From positions 64,001 through 128,000 of the forward strand of contig WJMJ01000148.1 of NCBI GenBank assembly GCA_014728035.1: a stretch of 64,000 nucleotides of DNA, written 5' to 3'. How positions within the stretch are numbered: the stretch's first letter is position 1; the number at the start of each line of letters is the position of its first letter. A program made the translations under genes and the position numbers. This stretch comes from Promethearchaeota archaeon. GTDB taxonomy: Archaea; Asgardarchaeota; Thorarchaeia; Thorarchaeales; Thorarchaeaceae. This document shows, piece after piece, positions 18,631 through 29,802 of the stretch. A model generated the notes under the pieces. It was not told the DNA's origin, searched no databases, and saw only the letters and a list, made by a program, of their open reading frames with translations.

Positions 18631-19902
18631 TTGACCATGTCAGAAAGCATTCTTGATGTGACAGATCAATATAGCACATGGCGAGACCTGTATCTTGTAG
18701 TTCAGGGCTTGTTTTATTTTGCACAAGGTATTGCTATGGGAGCAATATTCTACTTGCCATCATTGCTCCGTGATAGGGGTCTAAATGATCTGGAAAGCAT
18801 TATCATTCAAGCGGTAATCTGGTTACCTTGGTATCTCAAAGTGTTCTTTGGTATCCTCAGTGATAATGTCAAAATCAAGAACTATGGTCGGAGAAAACCG
18901 TATGTCATTGTTGCAGGATTTCTTGGTATCATAGGTTGGTTAACTCTTCCAACATATACAGTCTTTGGTCCAATGATGATTCTCTCAGGAATTCTTGCGA
19001 GTTTTGGTACCAGTATGAGTGATGGGATTTTGGATGCTCTTGCAGTAGATGTCACACCACCCAGAAGAAGAGGTGCTATGCAGGGAGTTTCATGGGGTAG
19101 TCGTGGCCTTGGTCTCGGAATAGCTGCGGTCATTGTGGGTTTACTTACAGCAGCTGGTGAATGGTTTATTGCATTCGCAGTACCTGGAGTAATCCTTGGA
19201 CTAGCTTGTCTATTTGTCATTCTGATTAAAGAAGTTCCATTGCCCGAAGATTTCAAACGAGTTCCGTTAGGTGTGCTTACTGGTGTATTCAAACAGAAGA
19301 ATGTACAGCTCTGCACACTGTTTCAATTATTCGCTGGCGCAGGTATCTCTATTCTAGCAATACTACAAACATATCTAGAAACAGGACTTGGATTTGACCT
19401 TGTGACTGTTGGAATAGTTTTTCTGATATTTTCTATTGGAATGTTCATTGGCGCAATAATATTTGGATTGCTTGGAGATAAACTCTCAGTCTTGCAAACA
19501 CTTCCAGTGACAACTATTCTCTACACCGTCATTATACTCTCCGTTCTAATCATCGATACCAGTGATTGGGCAATAGCTGCGATATTCTTCTTCTTAGTGG
19601 GATTAGCAAATGGAGGCTATGAGGCTACACAAATGCGAATTAGTATGGATAACTCACCAGCTATTGTTGGAGGTACCATGTATAATTTCTACAACAGTAT
19701 CTCGAATCTTGGCCAGATTGCTATTGGAGCAATTTTGATTGCATATCTTGGTGAAGTTGTCTTCAGTGGCAATTTACAACTAGGGTGGCAATTAGCTTGG
19801 GTGTTCTTGCTTCTCTCACTACCTGTTGCTTACAAACTGGTGAAAGAACATCAAGTTGAGGGAGAAGGAATTACAGAGGAAGCAGTACCTTATCATGAAT
19901 GA
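18631..19902 (+). CDS. MFS transporter (AmpG/BT1-like)
   Basis: YFAQG, LPWYLK, SD...GRRKPY, D...DALAVD; about 12 TM. Confidence 0.88.
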   Translation: MTMSESILDVTDQYSTWRDLYLVVQGLFYFAQGIAMGAIFYLPSLLRDRGLNDLESIIIQAVIWLPWYLKVFFGILSDNVKIKNYGRRKPYVIVAGFLGIIGWLTLPTYTVFGPMMILSGILASFGTSMSDGILDALAVDVTPPRRRGAMQGVSWGSRGLGLGIAAVIVGLLTAAGEWFIAFAVPGVILGLACLFVILIKEVPLPEDFKRVPLGVLTGVFKQKNVQLCTLFQLFAGAGISILAILQTYLETGLGFDLVTVGIVFLIFSIGMFIGAIIFGLLGDKLSVLQTLPVTTILYTVIILSVLIIDTSDWAIAAIFFFLVGLANGGYEATQMRISMDNSPAIVGGTMYNFYNSISNLGQIAIGAILIAYLGEVVFSGNLQLGWQLAWVFLLLSLPVAYKLVKEHQVEGEGITEEAVPYHE

Positions 19903-19911
19903 TATCAATTA

Positions 19912-19931
19912 GAGGTTTCAACTGAAACCTC
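19912..19931 (+). terminator. Hairpin + T-tract terminator
   Basis: GAGGTTTCA-ac-TGAAACCTC followed by ATTTTTTT. Confidence 0.65.
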
Positions 19932-20162
19932 ATTTTTTTCTTTTAACCTCCTATAAAAAAAACTTGTTTTTACATCCTTGGTTTTATGAATTCCATTACA
20001 TGATTATTAGATTTTTACCCGTCCTCATTTGAATTGTTATTCTTCTGAATAACATTAATGTATTAGTCACTAGAATCGTGAAAAAATCATATTCCATTCA
20101 GCATATTTGATAAATCAGTCAACAGACTTTTTTATTCACGTGAGTGATAATATCTAATCATA

Positions 20163-21422
20163 ATGCCACCAAAAACTCCTGAAGAATCAATTCCTTACGC
20201 ATCTTGGAAAAATCGATATATAATAATCCAAAGTATGTTCTATCTAGCTCAAGGAGTTGCTATGGGGGCTTTATTCTATATACCATCACTGTTACGAAAT
20301 CGTGGATTAAATGATTTTGAGAGTATCATCATACAATCGGTTATAGGATTGCCATGGATTCTAAAGATTATATTTGGCATTATGAGTGATAATGTTTCTA
20401 TTGGCAACTATGGGCGTCGTAAGCCGTATATTATCCTCGCAGGATTTGTGGGAATTATCGGTTTTGCTACACTACCGATTCATCCTGTATTTGGACCTCT
20501 AATGGTTGCTTCTGGATTTCTTGCTAGCATCGGTACAAGTATGAGTGATGGTGTATTGGATGCACTAGCTGTTGATGTAACACCTCCTGAAAAACGCGGA
20601 ACTATGCAGGGGACTGCTTGGGGGAGCAGAGCAATTGGCTTGGGAATATCATCTTTATTTGTTGGAATATTCAGTGCTTTAAATGACTGGTTTATAGCGT
20701 TTGCAATCCCGGGTTCTGTTTTTGGATTAGCCTGTTTTATGGTGATTCTTATCAAGGAACCAATTTCACCAGATCTAACAGGGATATCTAGAAATCTATT
20801 GAAAAGCGTTTTCAAGAAGAAGAAAATACAAATCTGCACACTATTCCAAATAGTTGCAGGTGCAGGTATATCAATCAGTTTGATTATTCAAACATACTTG
20901 GAATCCGGTCTTGGATACGATTTAGACATTGTTGGATTCGTTCTCTTCATATTCTTGACTGGTATGTTCTTTGGCTCAATGTTTTTTGGATATTTAGGAG
21001 ATAAATTATCTAGTGAAATAACCCTGCCAACATCAACGTTAATGAATATAGCTCTTATCATAGTGGTACTATTCATCAATACAAGCGATATCCTGTTTGT
21101 GTCCGTGTTCTTCTTTCTATTTGGTATTTCAAGTGGAGCATACCAGACTAGTCAATTACGAATCAGCATGGATTACTCTCCATCTATATTAGGAGGTACA
21201 ATGTTCAATTTCTACAACAGCATGGCAAATGTGGGGCAATTAGTTATAGGTTCAGTACTTATTGCATATGTTGGTGAAGTCATCTTTCAAGGTAATCTCC
21301 AATTTGGGTGGCAAGTTGCTTCCGTGTTTCTATTCCTGTCAATACTCATCTCAATGAAATTGATTAGAAATTATCAAGTCGAAGGATCTACAGAACCAGC
21401 AACAGAAATGCCAGAAGAATAA
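20163..21422 (+). CDS. MFS transporter, tandem paralog of 18631..19902
   Basis: Same motifs throughout (GRRKPY, MSDGVLDALAVDVTPP, GGTMFNFYNS). Confidence 0.88.
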   Translation: MPPKTPEESIPYASWKNRYIIIQSMFYLAQGVAMGALFYIPSLLRNRGLNDFESIIIQSVIGLPWILKIIFGIMSDNVSIGNYGRRKPYIILAGFVGIIGFATLPIHPVFGPLMVASGFLASIGTSMSDGVLDALAVDVTPPEKRGTMQGTAWGSRAIGLGISSLFVGIFSALNDWFIAFAIPGSVFGLACFMVILIKEPISPDLTGISRNLLKSVFKKKKIQICTLFQIVAGAGISISLIIQTYLESGLGYDLDIVGFVLFIFLTGMFFGSMFFGYLGDKLSSEITLPTSTLMNIALIIVVLFINTSDILFVSVFFFLFGISSGAYQTSQLRISMDYSPSILGGTMFNFYNSMANVGQLVIGSVLIAYVGEVIFQGNLQFGWQVASVFLFLSILISMKLIRNYQVEGSTEPATEMPEE

Positions 21423-21451
21423 TTCAATGAGTCATAAATCCCATTCAATAT

Positions 21452-21883
21452 CTATTGTCGGGATTTGGATTTATCAAGTTCAAGTGATCGTAATATGGAT
21501 TCAGTCCGTTTCTCTCGCATCTCTTCCAAAGTTGGAAATTCAATTCGATGTTGGAAATCTTGCCACTCCTTCCAGTATTTTCTCAAATACTCACCAATCT
21601 CAAGAGGGTCACCAAAAATAACTTGATAGTTCTGGAGAATGCTTCCTTTAACTATGGTTGGAAGCGCTTCAAAAATGGTTACATCATACCTATCAGGCAC
21701 TTTACCTAAGAACTTGAGTTTCTTATGTTTAATTACTTCCTTATCTTCGGTATGAACTAGGACAGCTATATCAATGTCTGAAGTAGGTCCGGGAGTACCA
21801 TTGGCCCACGAACCAAATAGAAGAACATCATAATCCGATAATGCTTTCAAATCCTCTTGGATATTCTCAGGCATCATTAACAT
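21452..21883 (-). CDS. Minimal nucleotidyltransferase (MNT/MntA-like antitoxin)
   Basis: LFGSWANG...SDIDIAV (GS-X10-DxD). Confidence 0.88.
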   Translation of the reverse strand: MLMMPENIQEDLKALSDYDVLLFGSWANGTPGPTSDIDIAVLVHTEDKEVIKHKKLKFLGKVPDRYDVTIFEALPTIVKGSILQNYQVIFGDPLEIGEYLRKYWKEWQDFQHRIEFPTLEEMREKRTESILRSLELDKSKSRQ

Positions 21884-22274
21884 ACCGCTCCATTATTTCA
21901 ACAAACGCTTCAAGTGTTTTCTTTACATCTGGATAAGAATCCAACACAATATCTTTGTCGATACCATTGTACTGATGTACGAGTACATTGCGAAGTCTAT
22001 TGCACTTACTAAGATGTTCTCCAAGTTCTAAAGAGATGATTGATTCAGAGGTTAAGAATTGTATATTTTCACTGTCACCTTTTGGAACAGAACCCAAATC
22101 CTTAGTGGCCATTGAAACAATATCCATCGCACTTTCTATAGAAGTGAGAATACAATAATACAGAGCTTTTTGCTCGATTGTAGTCGGATCATCAACTAAT
22201 GAATCAGCGAGACATATATGCTCAACTATGTATTGAAATTTAATCTTATATCGAGCAATTCGTTCATCTTTCAT
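21867..22274 (-). CDS. HEPN-domain RNase toxin (DUF86/HepT-like)
   Basis: RNVLVHQY (R-X4-H-x-Y); overlaps the MNT gene. Confidence 0.88.
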   Translation of the reverse strand: MKDERIARYKIKFQYIVEHICLADSLVDDPTTIEQKALYYCILTSIESAMDIVSMATKDLGSVPKGDSENIQFLTSESIISLELGEHLSKCNRLRNVLVHQYNGIDKDIVLDSYPDVKKTLEAFVEIMERYVNDA

Positions 22275-22442
22275 TATAGTATCACCCGAATAATACTATT
22301 ACCACAAGAAAATGGATACATAATAGATTTTGTTTCTTACTGGATTCATAAATTATGTGACACAAAAACACTAGATATTCATGTAGCAGTAAACAGCAGA
22401 AATCATTTCTATATCTGGAGAAAAAAATCAAAATAAAAAAGA

Positions 22443-22458
22443 GACCCCTGTAGGGGTC
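22443..22458 (-). terminator. Hairpin + T-tract terminator
   Basis: Minus strand GACCCC-TACA-GGGGTC then TCTTTTTT. Confidence 0.65.
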
Positions 22459-22465
22459 AAATTCT

Positions 22466-24994
22466 CTATTTCTTCACTTTCAGGAAGTAGATTAAGACAA
22501 CAACAAGAGTTATTCCAGCGCCAGAAATGGCTAGAATCATAATAACCGACATATCAGGTGCTGGTGGGGGTGTTCCAGTTGTAGTGGTTGTTGAACCTTG
22601 GGCATTTACGTTTACAGTACTGGAGCTTGTTACACTGTTTCCTGATGTATCATAGAGGGTTAGAGTAATTTCGTAGACACCTTCTCTAAGATTTGCATCA
22701 TCCAGCAGATAACTAATGTTCGAACCATCCCAAGTACCGCTCGCTAGAGTTGTAGTGTTATCCAGCATTATTACATATGAATGAGGCAATAGGTCACTGC
22801 AAGTCCAGTTCATCCAATGTCCAGTAGATCCTTCAGTAATTGAGAAGTCACTAATTGAGGAGCAAGTTGGGTCTGTAGTATCGCCAACGGTTACAATTGT
22901 AGTTGCTGAAACAGTATTGCCACTATAGTCCTCAAGATAGAATGTTACATTATAAACTCCCAAATTCTTGTTGAAATATAGACCATAGTCTGCAGTTTCA
23001 GTAAATGAGCCACTATCTTCTTCAGTTCCATTTACTAGGACAGTATAACTACCGGGTGTATCCCAATTACCATCAGCAGTAAGGTTGAATTTAACGTGCG
23101 GATTTAAAGTGCCATACTCTATGAATTGAGTATTTTTTGCGTCAATGGTAGGAGCTGTAGAATCTATCACGTTGATAAGAACCGTATCAACTGCAACATT
23201 ACCAAAAGTGTCATTTGCTACAATTGTGCAGTTGTAATCACCAAGCACTGAGATATCCAGCTCAGTGTTGAAACTCGTAGAATAGCTCTCCTGTATCTGC
23301 ATAATATCATTCAGATAATATGCAATGACATCAGGATAATCTTCAGTAATTGTCCAAACCAGAGGGTATAGACTTGTGGATGCCTCTACTTCCGTATCAT
23401 TGGGGCCAGAGATATCAGGAGATACATAGTCTACTTCATTTACCGTTACCTCAACTTCATCAATTTGTTCATTCATGAAAGCATCCCAGACCACAAGTTG
23501 AAGAGTATAGAGACCATGACTTAGATTCTCTAATTGATAGGTAAAGGGAAGAGAAGGAACCCAATAGCCAGATTTTACGGATTCTCCATCGAGATAGATG
23601 GTGTAATTCCAAGGATGCAGATCAAAACCATTCCATTCGACAGTCGCGCTCTGGTCCTCATCAAAGGCAAAGTCTGCGGAACCTGAGATTATCGGGGATG
23701 TGGAATCTACAAGTTCAGCAGGATAACTATCAGTAGCACCACTACCTCCAGGAATAGAATAGGGGGATGAATGTGACACATTGTAATAATTCCCCATTCC
23801 AGAGCCATCATCCCATGAAGATGTACCACTACTCGCATCATAAGCATCATTTGTAGTGTGATTTGAGAGGTGGTTTCCATAGAAGATGTTTGAATCACTA
23901 TTCAAGAAATTCCGGATTCCAATAGGTCCATGATGGATACGATTGTTGAGCACTCTACAATTCTCACCATACATCATTATACCATTTTGGGTAAAAGTGT
24001 GAACTACATTATCAGTCACATTACAGCCATCTAGATAATTCAAAGACATCCCGTCGTTGGAATCAAAAATCTCGTTAAAGCTGATTTCTGAAGATATCAG
24101 TCCATAGGAATAAATTGCATCCATATCTATATCAAAAAGTGTGTTATTAGTAATATGCGCTTCGGATAAGATATCACAATAGATACCGTCATAAAAATTA
24201 CATATCGTATTTTGAGAGATGTGATAATTGAATCCATTTGATGTGTCTATATAAATCCCATATTGACAGTGTCCATCAAGTGTATTTCCTGTGATATTAT
24301 AGTTTTCAGAATTATCTATTTTCATACCATACGAGGTGGCATTGATAATTATATTATCACTAATGGTGACAAATGAGCTAGTACTCCCGTCATATATTGC
24401 GGTGCTAGCTCCAATGATTGTATTATTATGGATAGTGCAATTCAGAGCATTAAACAATGATATCCCAGTACCAGGATCTGAGATAGTATTCTTAGTGATT
24501 GTCACAAAGTAAGAATGCAATATACTTATCCCAGAACTTTGAGTGTCAATTTGACATCCTTGGATTAAAGTACCGTTTGCATAGTCACAATAGATTTTAG
24601 ATGAATCGAATGTACAATTTTGAATAATACCATTAGTAGATTTCTCAATTCTCACACCATAATATGGAACACTTCCATGAAATTCACACGAATTAATCTC
24701 AAAGAAAGCTGACTGATTGTACACATTAATGATATGACCTTCTGTGTGAGTCAGGTTTACACCCTCAAGTGTATAGGGGGATTCTTGAGAACCAGATCCT
24801 GTGAACCCGAATTGAGTGAAGTTGTTCTCATGTGTGATGTTATAGAGTGTATCAGATGCTGAAACAATTGGTTGGTTCGATTCTATTTGGGGTATTATTT
24901 CTGTTGAGTGATCCTGATATACTTGATTAGAACAACTTGAGAGTAATAATAGACCCAGAATAAAACCACCTATAATGTTCTTACTAGCCTGCAA
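22466..24994 (-). CDS. Beta-helix + Ig-like repeat surface protein (paralog)
   Basis: Same architecture as 15717..18437; Thr/Pro linker and C-terminal TM. Confidence 0.85.
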   Translation of the reverse strand: MQASKNIIGGFILGLLLLSSCSNQVYQDHSTEIIPQIESNQPIVSASDTLYNITHENNFTQFGFTGSGSQESPYTLEGVNLTHTEGHIINVYNQSAFFEINSCEFHGSVPYYGVRIEKSTNGIIQNCTFDSSKIYCDYANGTLIQGCQIDTQSSGISILHSYFVTITKNTISDPGTGISLFNALNCTIHNNTIIGASTAIYDGSTSSFVTISDNIIINATSYGMKIDNSENYNITGNTLDGHCQYGIYIDTSNGFNYHISQNTICNFYDGIYCDILSEAHITNNTLFDIDMDAIYSYGLISSEISFNEIFDSNDGMSLNYLDGCNVTDNVVHTFTQNGIMMYGENCRVLNNRIHHGPIGIRNFLNSDSNIFYGNHLSNHTTNDAYDASSGTSSWDDGSGMGNYYNVSHSSPYSIPGGSGATDSYPAELVDSTSPIISGSADFAFDEDQSATVEWNGFDLHPWNYTIYLDGESVKSGYWVPSLPFTYQLENLSHGLYTLQLVVWDAFMNEQIDEVEVTVNEVDYVSPDISGPNDTEVEASTSLYPLVWTITEDYPDVIAYYLNDIMQIQESYSTSFNTELDISVLGDYNCTIVANDTFGNVAVDTVLINVIDSTAPTIDAKNTQFIEYGTLNPHVKFNLTADGNWDTPGSYTVLVNGTEEDSGSFTETADYGLYFNKNLGVYNVTFYLEDYSGNTVSATTIVTVGDTTDPTCSSISDFSITEGSTGHWMNWTCSDLLPHSYVIMLDNTTTLASGTWDGSNISYLLDDANLREGVYEITLTLYDTSGNSVTSSSTVNVNAQGSTTTTTGTPPPAPDMSVIMILAISGAGITLVVVLIYFLKVKK

Positions 24995-25109
24995 ATCGAA
25001 TATCTCCCGATTAGTTTCTCGTTCAGAAGTTGATATATTATATAAATGGAACGTTTTTTTATAACTCTCTAATAGAACTTGATTGAATTATCTATGCAAA
25101 AAAGAGAGA

Positions 25110-25125
25110 GACCCCCGTAGGGGTC
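25110..25125 (-). terminator. Hairpin + T-tract terminator
   Basis: Minus strand GACCCC-TACG-GGGGTC then TCTCTCTTTTTT. Confidence 0.65.
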
Positions 25126-25132
25126 AGTTTCA

Positions 25133-27709
25133 CTATTTCTTTCTCAGGAAATAAATGATAATCACTACGAATACAACACCGATTCCAACCCCTGCAACAA
25201 TAACCAAAATCATTGCATCAGCTGGAGGAGGAACAGAGGGACTAGTAGTTGTTGTACTAGTGGTAGTTGTGGTTGAGGTCGAAGATGAACCAGGATAGAC
25301 CGTAACAATTGTTGTACGAACGACACTGTTACCTGATGTGTCATAGAGTGTCAAGGTAATGTTCCAAACTCCATCTCGAAGGCCAGCATTATCCAACAAG
25401 TAGTTGATATCAGTTCCGTCCCAAGATCCACTCGCTAGAATTGTACTTCCATTAAGAGTGATTGAATACGAGTCGGGCAAGAAGTCAGAACAAGTCCAAT
25501 TCATCCATATATCTGAATCACCCTCAGTGAAGAAGAAATTCGATACATAGGAACATGTTGGTGCGGTAGTATCTTCCAGAGTCACCCAACCCATACATGT
25601 GTAACCATTACCTGAAGTATCCTCATAGACATAGGTGATGTTGTAAACTCCGAGATCCGTACCATCCAGGTGGTATTCTAGAGAAGTATTACTTGTGAGA
25701 ACTGTGGTGTTTGTGAGAGTTCCATTCTCATATATCCAGAGAGTTCCAGGTGCGTCCCACGTATGGAAGTCGTTGACCTCGAAAGGAACACCATCTCCAG
25801 AACCATACTCAATATCATACAGACCCCACACAGCATACGTTGGAGGTATTGTATCGATGACTGAGATAATTACAGTGTGTACAGCAGTATTTCCAAAGGT
25901 GTCATTTGCTTTAATTGTACAATTGTAATCACCTAATACAGAAATATCAAGTTCTGCACTGAATTCAGTAGTATAACTTACACTGGTCTGAATTACATCA
26001 TTGAGATAATAAGTTACAGTATCTGGGTTGTCATCTGTGATATTCCAGTTGAGCTCATAGAGATCAAGGGATGGCTCAACATCAGCATCACTGTATCCTT
26101 CAATATCTGGTACTACATTATCTCCTTCGTTAACTGTGATCTGGACTTGATCGATTTGTTCATTCATATATGCATCCCAGATGACAAGTTGTGCTGTATG
26201 AACTCCCAATGATAAACCTTCAAAGGTATAAGAGATATCGAGTGAAGGAATCCAATATCCAGAATCAATATCTGAACCATCTAATGACAGAGTATAATTC
26301 CATGGATGGATATCGAATATATTCCAATCAATAGTACGTGACTCATAATCGTACATCTCTACATCAGGCTCATTTACTATTCCAGGACCAGAAGAATCTA
26401 GCAATACATTTGGAGCTCCATCATAATTTCCAGAACCGCCAGGAATATAGTAATTAGCATCATGAGATTCATTGTAGAAGTTACCTGTCAGAGTGGGCGA
26501 ATACCACCAGGTATTGTTAGTATTTCCTGCATTATCGTATGTGTCATTTGTGGTATGATTACTGAAGTGATTATTGTAGAGAAGGTTGTGATGACAACCT
26601 GTAGAAAGAACCATTCCAATTTGGCCATGATGTATCTTATTGTCAGTAATTATGCACGAATTTGAGTTAATGAAAAAGAATCCATAATCATAGAATGTGT
26701 TCAAGATGTTATTTCGAACAAGTACATCCTCACCTGAAACAATATCGATTCCTCGGTAGGTTGTATTCGCTATCTCGTTACCTTCAACAGTAGAGGACCA
26801 AATATAATCCAGATAGATTGCATGATCACCAATGTTTCGAAGTTTGTTGTTACGAATTAAGCTGCCACCATTAGAATTCTGATAAATACCATAGTCAGCA
26901 ATATCAACTAAGGTATTGTTTTCAATTCTTTGATAATAATTACTGTTTGAAATATCATATATGCCATAATTTGATGCATTGGTTATCAGATTGTTAGTTA
27001 TATTTACATAACTGGAGTAAGCGTAGATTCCTGCTCCTGTCCCATAGAGATTTCGAATAGAGTTATCATGATAGACAGAATCGTCAGATAACCCATTATC
27101 ACGTATTCCATAATATGCTATGTCAATCTCGTTTCTCTGAATTGTTGTATTGGGTGCCGAAGAGTGAAATATGGCATTTGTCATATCATGCATAATATTA
27201 TCAGATACTTCAATGAAATGCGAATCGTGTATGTATGTGCCATATGAACATCCGTCCATTGTACAATGTGATATCAGCGTGTTGTTTGCTCTGTAAACAT
27301 ATACTCCACGTATTGTTGTAAAAGTACAGGCCTCGATAATTCCATTGCTTGAGTTATCAATACGGATACCATAACGTGACATAGTTGATGCGTTGAAATC
27401 ACAAGATTTTATCTTCCAGTATGCGGTCTGATCCGAAATTTCAATTATATCCCCAAGAGAATATGTGGTTGAATTTCCTTCTAGTAAGTAGGGGTCACCT
27501 TGCGTACCGCTCCCCGAAAAGCCAAATTGCGTGAAATTATCTTCATGAGTGATTTCATAAAGTGTTACTCCAGGGTCCGCTGAAACAGCATAGGTTTCTA
27601 GACCCGTTTCTTCATTTTGGAATTCTATTGGTATCCCTTGATTGATTCCGACCGGAATCAGGAATAGCGCAAATAGAAATCCTGCTAGTAGTAATTTCTT
27701 GGCGTGCAT
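25133..27709 (-). CDS. Beta-helix + Ig-like repeat surface protein (paralog)
   Basis: ITHEDNFTQFGFSGSGT cap; shares HPWNYT, LDISVLGDYNCTI.ANDTFGN with 22466..24994; poly-Thr linker; TM. Confidence 0.85.
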   Translation of the reverse strand: MHAKKLLLAGFLFALFLIPVGINQGIPIEFQNEETGLETYAVSADPGVTLYEITHEDNFTQFGFSGSGTQGDPYLLEGNSTTYSLGDIIEISDQTAYWKIKSCDFNASTMSRYGIRIDNSSNGIIEACTFTTIRGVYVYRANNTLISHCTMDGCSYGTYIHDSHFIEVSDNIMHDMTNAIFHSSAPNTTIQRNEIDIAYYGIRDNGLSDDSVYHDNSIRNLYGTGAGIYAYSSYVNITNNLITNASNYGIYDISNSNYYQRIENNTLVDIADYGIYQNSNGGSLIRNNKLRNIGDHAIYLDYIWSSTVEGNEIANTTYRGIDIVSGEDVLVRNNILNTFYDYGFFFINSNSCIITDNKIHHGQIGMVLSTGCHHNLLYNNHFSNHTTNDTYDNAGNTNNTWWYSPTLTGNFYNESHDANYYIPGGSGNYDGAPNVLLDSSGPGIVNEPDVEMYDYESRTIDWNIFDIHPWNYTLSLDGSDIDSGYWIPSLDISYTFEGLSLGVHTAQLVIWDAYMNEQIDQVQITVNEGDNVVPDIEGYSDADVEPSLDLYELNWNITDDNPDTVTYYLNDVIQTSVSYTTEFSAELDISVLGDYNCTIKANDTFGNTAVHTVIISVIDTIPPTYAVWGLYDIEYGSGDGVPFEVNDFHTWDAPGTLWIYENGTLTNTTVLTSNTSLEYHLDGTDLGVYNITYVYEDTSGNGYTCMGWVTLEDTTAPTCSYVSNFFFTEGDSDIWMNWTCSDFLPDSYSITLNGSTILASGSWDGTDINYLLDNAGLRDGVWNITLTLYDTSGNSVVRTTIVTVYPGSSSTSTTTTTSTTTTSPSVPPPADAMILVIVAGVGIGVVFVVIIIYFLRKK

Positions 27710-27867
27710 ATAATGCCTCCTTAAGCAATATAAATGAGCGAAGAAGACCCCATATAAACTTCTTTACCATCAATTATTAAAATGATTTTTAAAAAAAATG
27801 GTTTACCTAATCAAGTAACAGACTGATTTATACGACACTTGGTCATAAGGATAATAGAGGTTTAGTA

Positions 27868-29718
27868 ATGACTCAGTCTGAATTTGAGAAATTCCTTTCC
27901 ATCGAAGTTGCTGGTGGTGCTAGCTGGCATCCTGTTGCCAACAAAATAGCTTATGTCTATGATGCATCAGGTGTGAATCAAATCTACCTAAGTGAGGTTT
28001 TTGAGGGAAAAGCTCTTTGGCCGAAGCGGCTCACGTTTGAGGAAGACCGTTGTACAGATCCTAGGTTCTTGGAAGATGCGAGTATCATTTTCACACGCGA
28101 TAGAGGAGGAAATGAAAATTTCCAAATAGGATCAATCAATGAGTCCTACGAGCTGGAATGGCTTACTAATGATTTGGATGCAAAACACAGAGTCATAACC
28201 ACATCAAAGATAGGATTCTATTATATTGCAAATATTGAAGACAAATCAAGACTGGACATCTATAGACGCCGCATTCCATTTGACATGACTAAACCAGAAT
28301 TGCTTTATCGACCTAAGAAAGGTATAGTTTCTCCAATCCTAATCTCAGATGATGACAAGCAAGTTGTGATAAAACGATATCTTGGTAATGTCTATCAAGA
28401 ATTAGCTCTCATTGATACTGAAAATGAGGAAATAACAGAATTAACCGAAGAGCAGACAAAAATTAGAAAGAGTCGCTGGACTCCAATAAGATGGCTAAAT
28501 GAAGAAACAATACTTGTGAGAACAGATTTTGAATCTAACTTTGACAGACTAGCAGTCCTTACTCTCGATGGAGAATTCAGGACCTATGACGAAATCGAAG
28601 AGAATCTCCAATGGGAAGTCAAGACCCAGGCCTATAGTTCCAATGATGATTACACCTACTATGTTATGAACGAGGAAGGTTACAGTACTATCTATCGTGC
28701 AAAATTCTCACCAAATTCTGTTTCTGGAATTGAGAAGATAGTACTTCCAAAGAAAGGAGCAATAGCATTGGGTGATGCTAGATCTTGGAATCGTGGACTA
28801 ACAGTATCACCTGACGGTTCTAAGTTGGCAATAACCTTAAGCACACCCACATCACCAACTTCTGTCTGGATCTATTCAATAGAAGACAAGAAGTTTTGGA
28901 ATGCTACACCTGTAAACACTGCAGGATTGAACCCAATCAATTTTGTTGGAGAGAAACTACTTCGCTTCAATAGTTTTGATGGTCTCAGTGTACCATACTT
29001 CAGACTCTTACCACAAGGTGAGATGCCAGAAAAGGGATGGCCAACAATTTTGATGATTCATGGTGGACCCGAGTCACAGCTTATCCCAGCATTTAGCCCT
29101 GTCATGCAGTTCTATGCATCCGCAGGATTTGCCATTGTAGCACCAAATATCCGTGGTAGCACAGGATATGGAAAGAAATATCTGGATCTTGATAATGTTG
29201 AGAAACGTTTGGATTCGATAATGGATATCAAACATCTTGCTTTGCATCTAAAAGAAACTGATACTACAATTGATGGTGATCGCCTTATCATATACGGCGG
29301 CAGTTACGGAGGATTTGCTGTGTTATCTGCAATGACGGAACACCCGGAACTATGGAAAGCTGGTGTCGATATTGTAGGAATATCCAATTTTGTGACTTTC
29401 CTACAAAACACAGCTGACTGGCGAAGGGCACTTAGAGAAGCTGAATATGGAAGTTTGGAACATGATATGGAAACCTTGAGGAAAATCAGTCCAATCCATA
29501 AGGTAGACAAAATCGCCGCTCCTTTATTTATAATACAAGGAGACAACGATGAGAGAGTACCACTTTCAGAATCCATTCAAATATATGAGGAATTAAAAGA
29601 GAAAGGTCTCGAAACTAAGATGCTTAGATTCTCAGATGAAGGGCACGGATTGGCGAAACGGAAGAATAGAATTCTAGCTTATTCGAATGTACTTGAATGG
29701 CTGAAAGAAATAGTCTGA
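27868..29718 (+). CDS. S9-family prolyl oligopeptidase / acylaminoacyl peptidase
   Basis: IHGGP, NIRGSTGYG, nucleophile GGSYGG, NDERV, DEGH. Confidence 0.95.
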   Translation: MTQSEFEKFLSIEVAGGASWHPVANKIAYVYDASGVNQIYLSEVFEGKALWPKRLTFEEDRCTDPRFLEDASIIFTRDRGGNENFQIGSINESYELEWLTNDLDAKHRVITTSKIGFYYIANIEDKSRLDIYRRRIPFDMTKPELLYRPKKGIVSPILISDDDKQVVIKRYLGNVYQELALIDTENEEITELTEEQTKIRKSRWTPIRWLNEETILVRTDFESNFDRLAVLTLDGEFRTYDEIEENLQWEVKTQAYSSNDDYTYYVMNEEGYSTIYRAKFSPNSVSGIEKIVLPKKGAIALGDARSWNRGLTVSPDGSKLAITLSTPTSPTSVWIYSIEDKKFWNATPVNTAGLNPINFVGEKLLRFNSFDGLSVPYFRLLPQGEMPEKGWPTILMIHGGPESQLIPAFSPVMQFYASAGFAIVAPNIRGSTGYGKKYLDLDNVEKRLDSIMDIKHLALHLKETDTTIDGDRLIIYGGSYGGFAVLSAMTEHPELWKAGVDIVGISNFVTFLQNTADWRRALREAEYGSLEHDMETLRKISPIHKVDKIAAPLFIIQGDNDERVPLSESIQIYEELKEKGLETKMLRFSDEGHGLAKRKNRILAYSNVLEWLKEIV

Positions 29719-29802
29719 TATGATTAGGCTGGATGAAAACTGAAATTCGCGTGCAGAGTCAAAGTTAAGAGGTAAAATAACATAAGCCAACTAGTGAATC
29801 CT

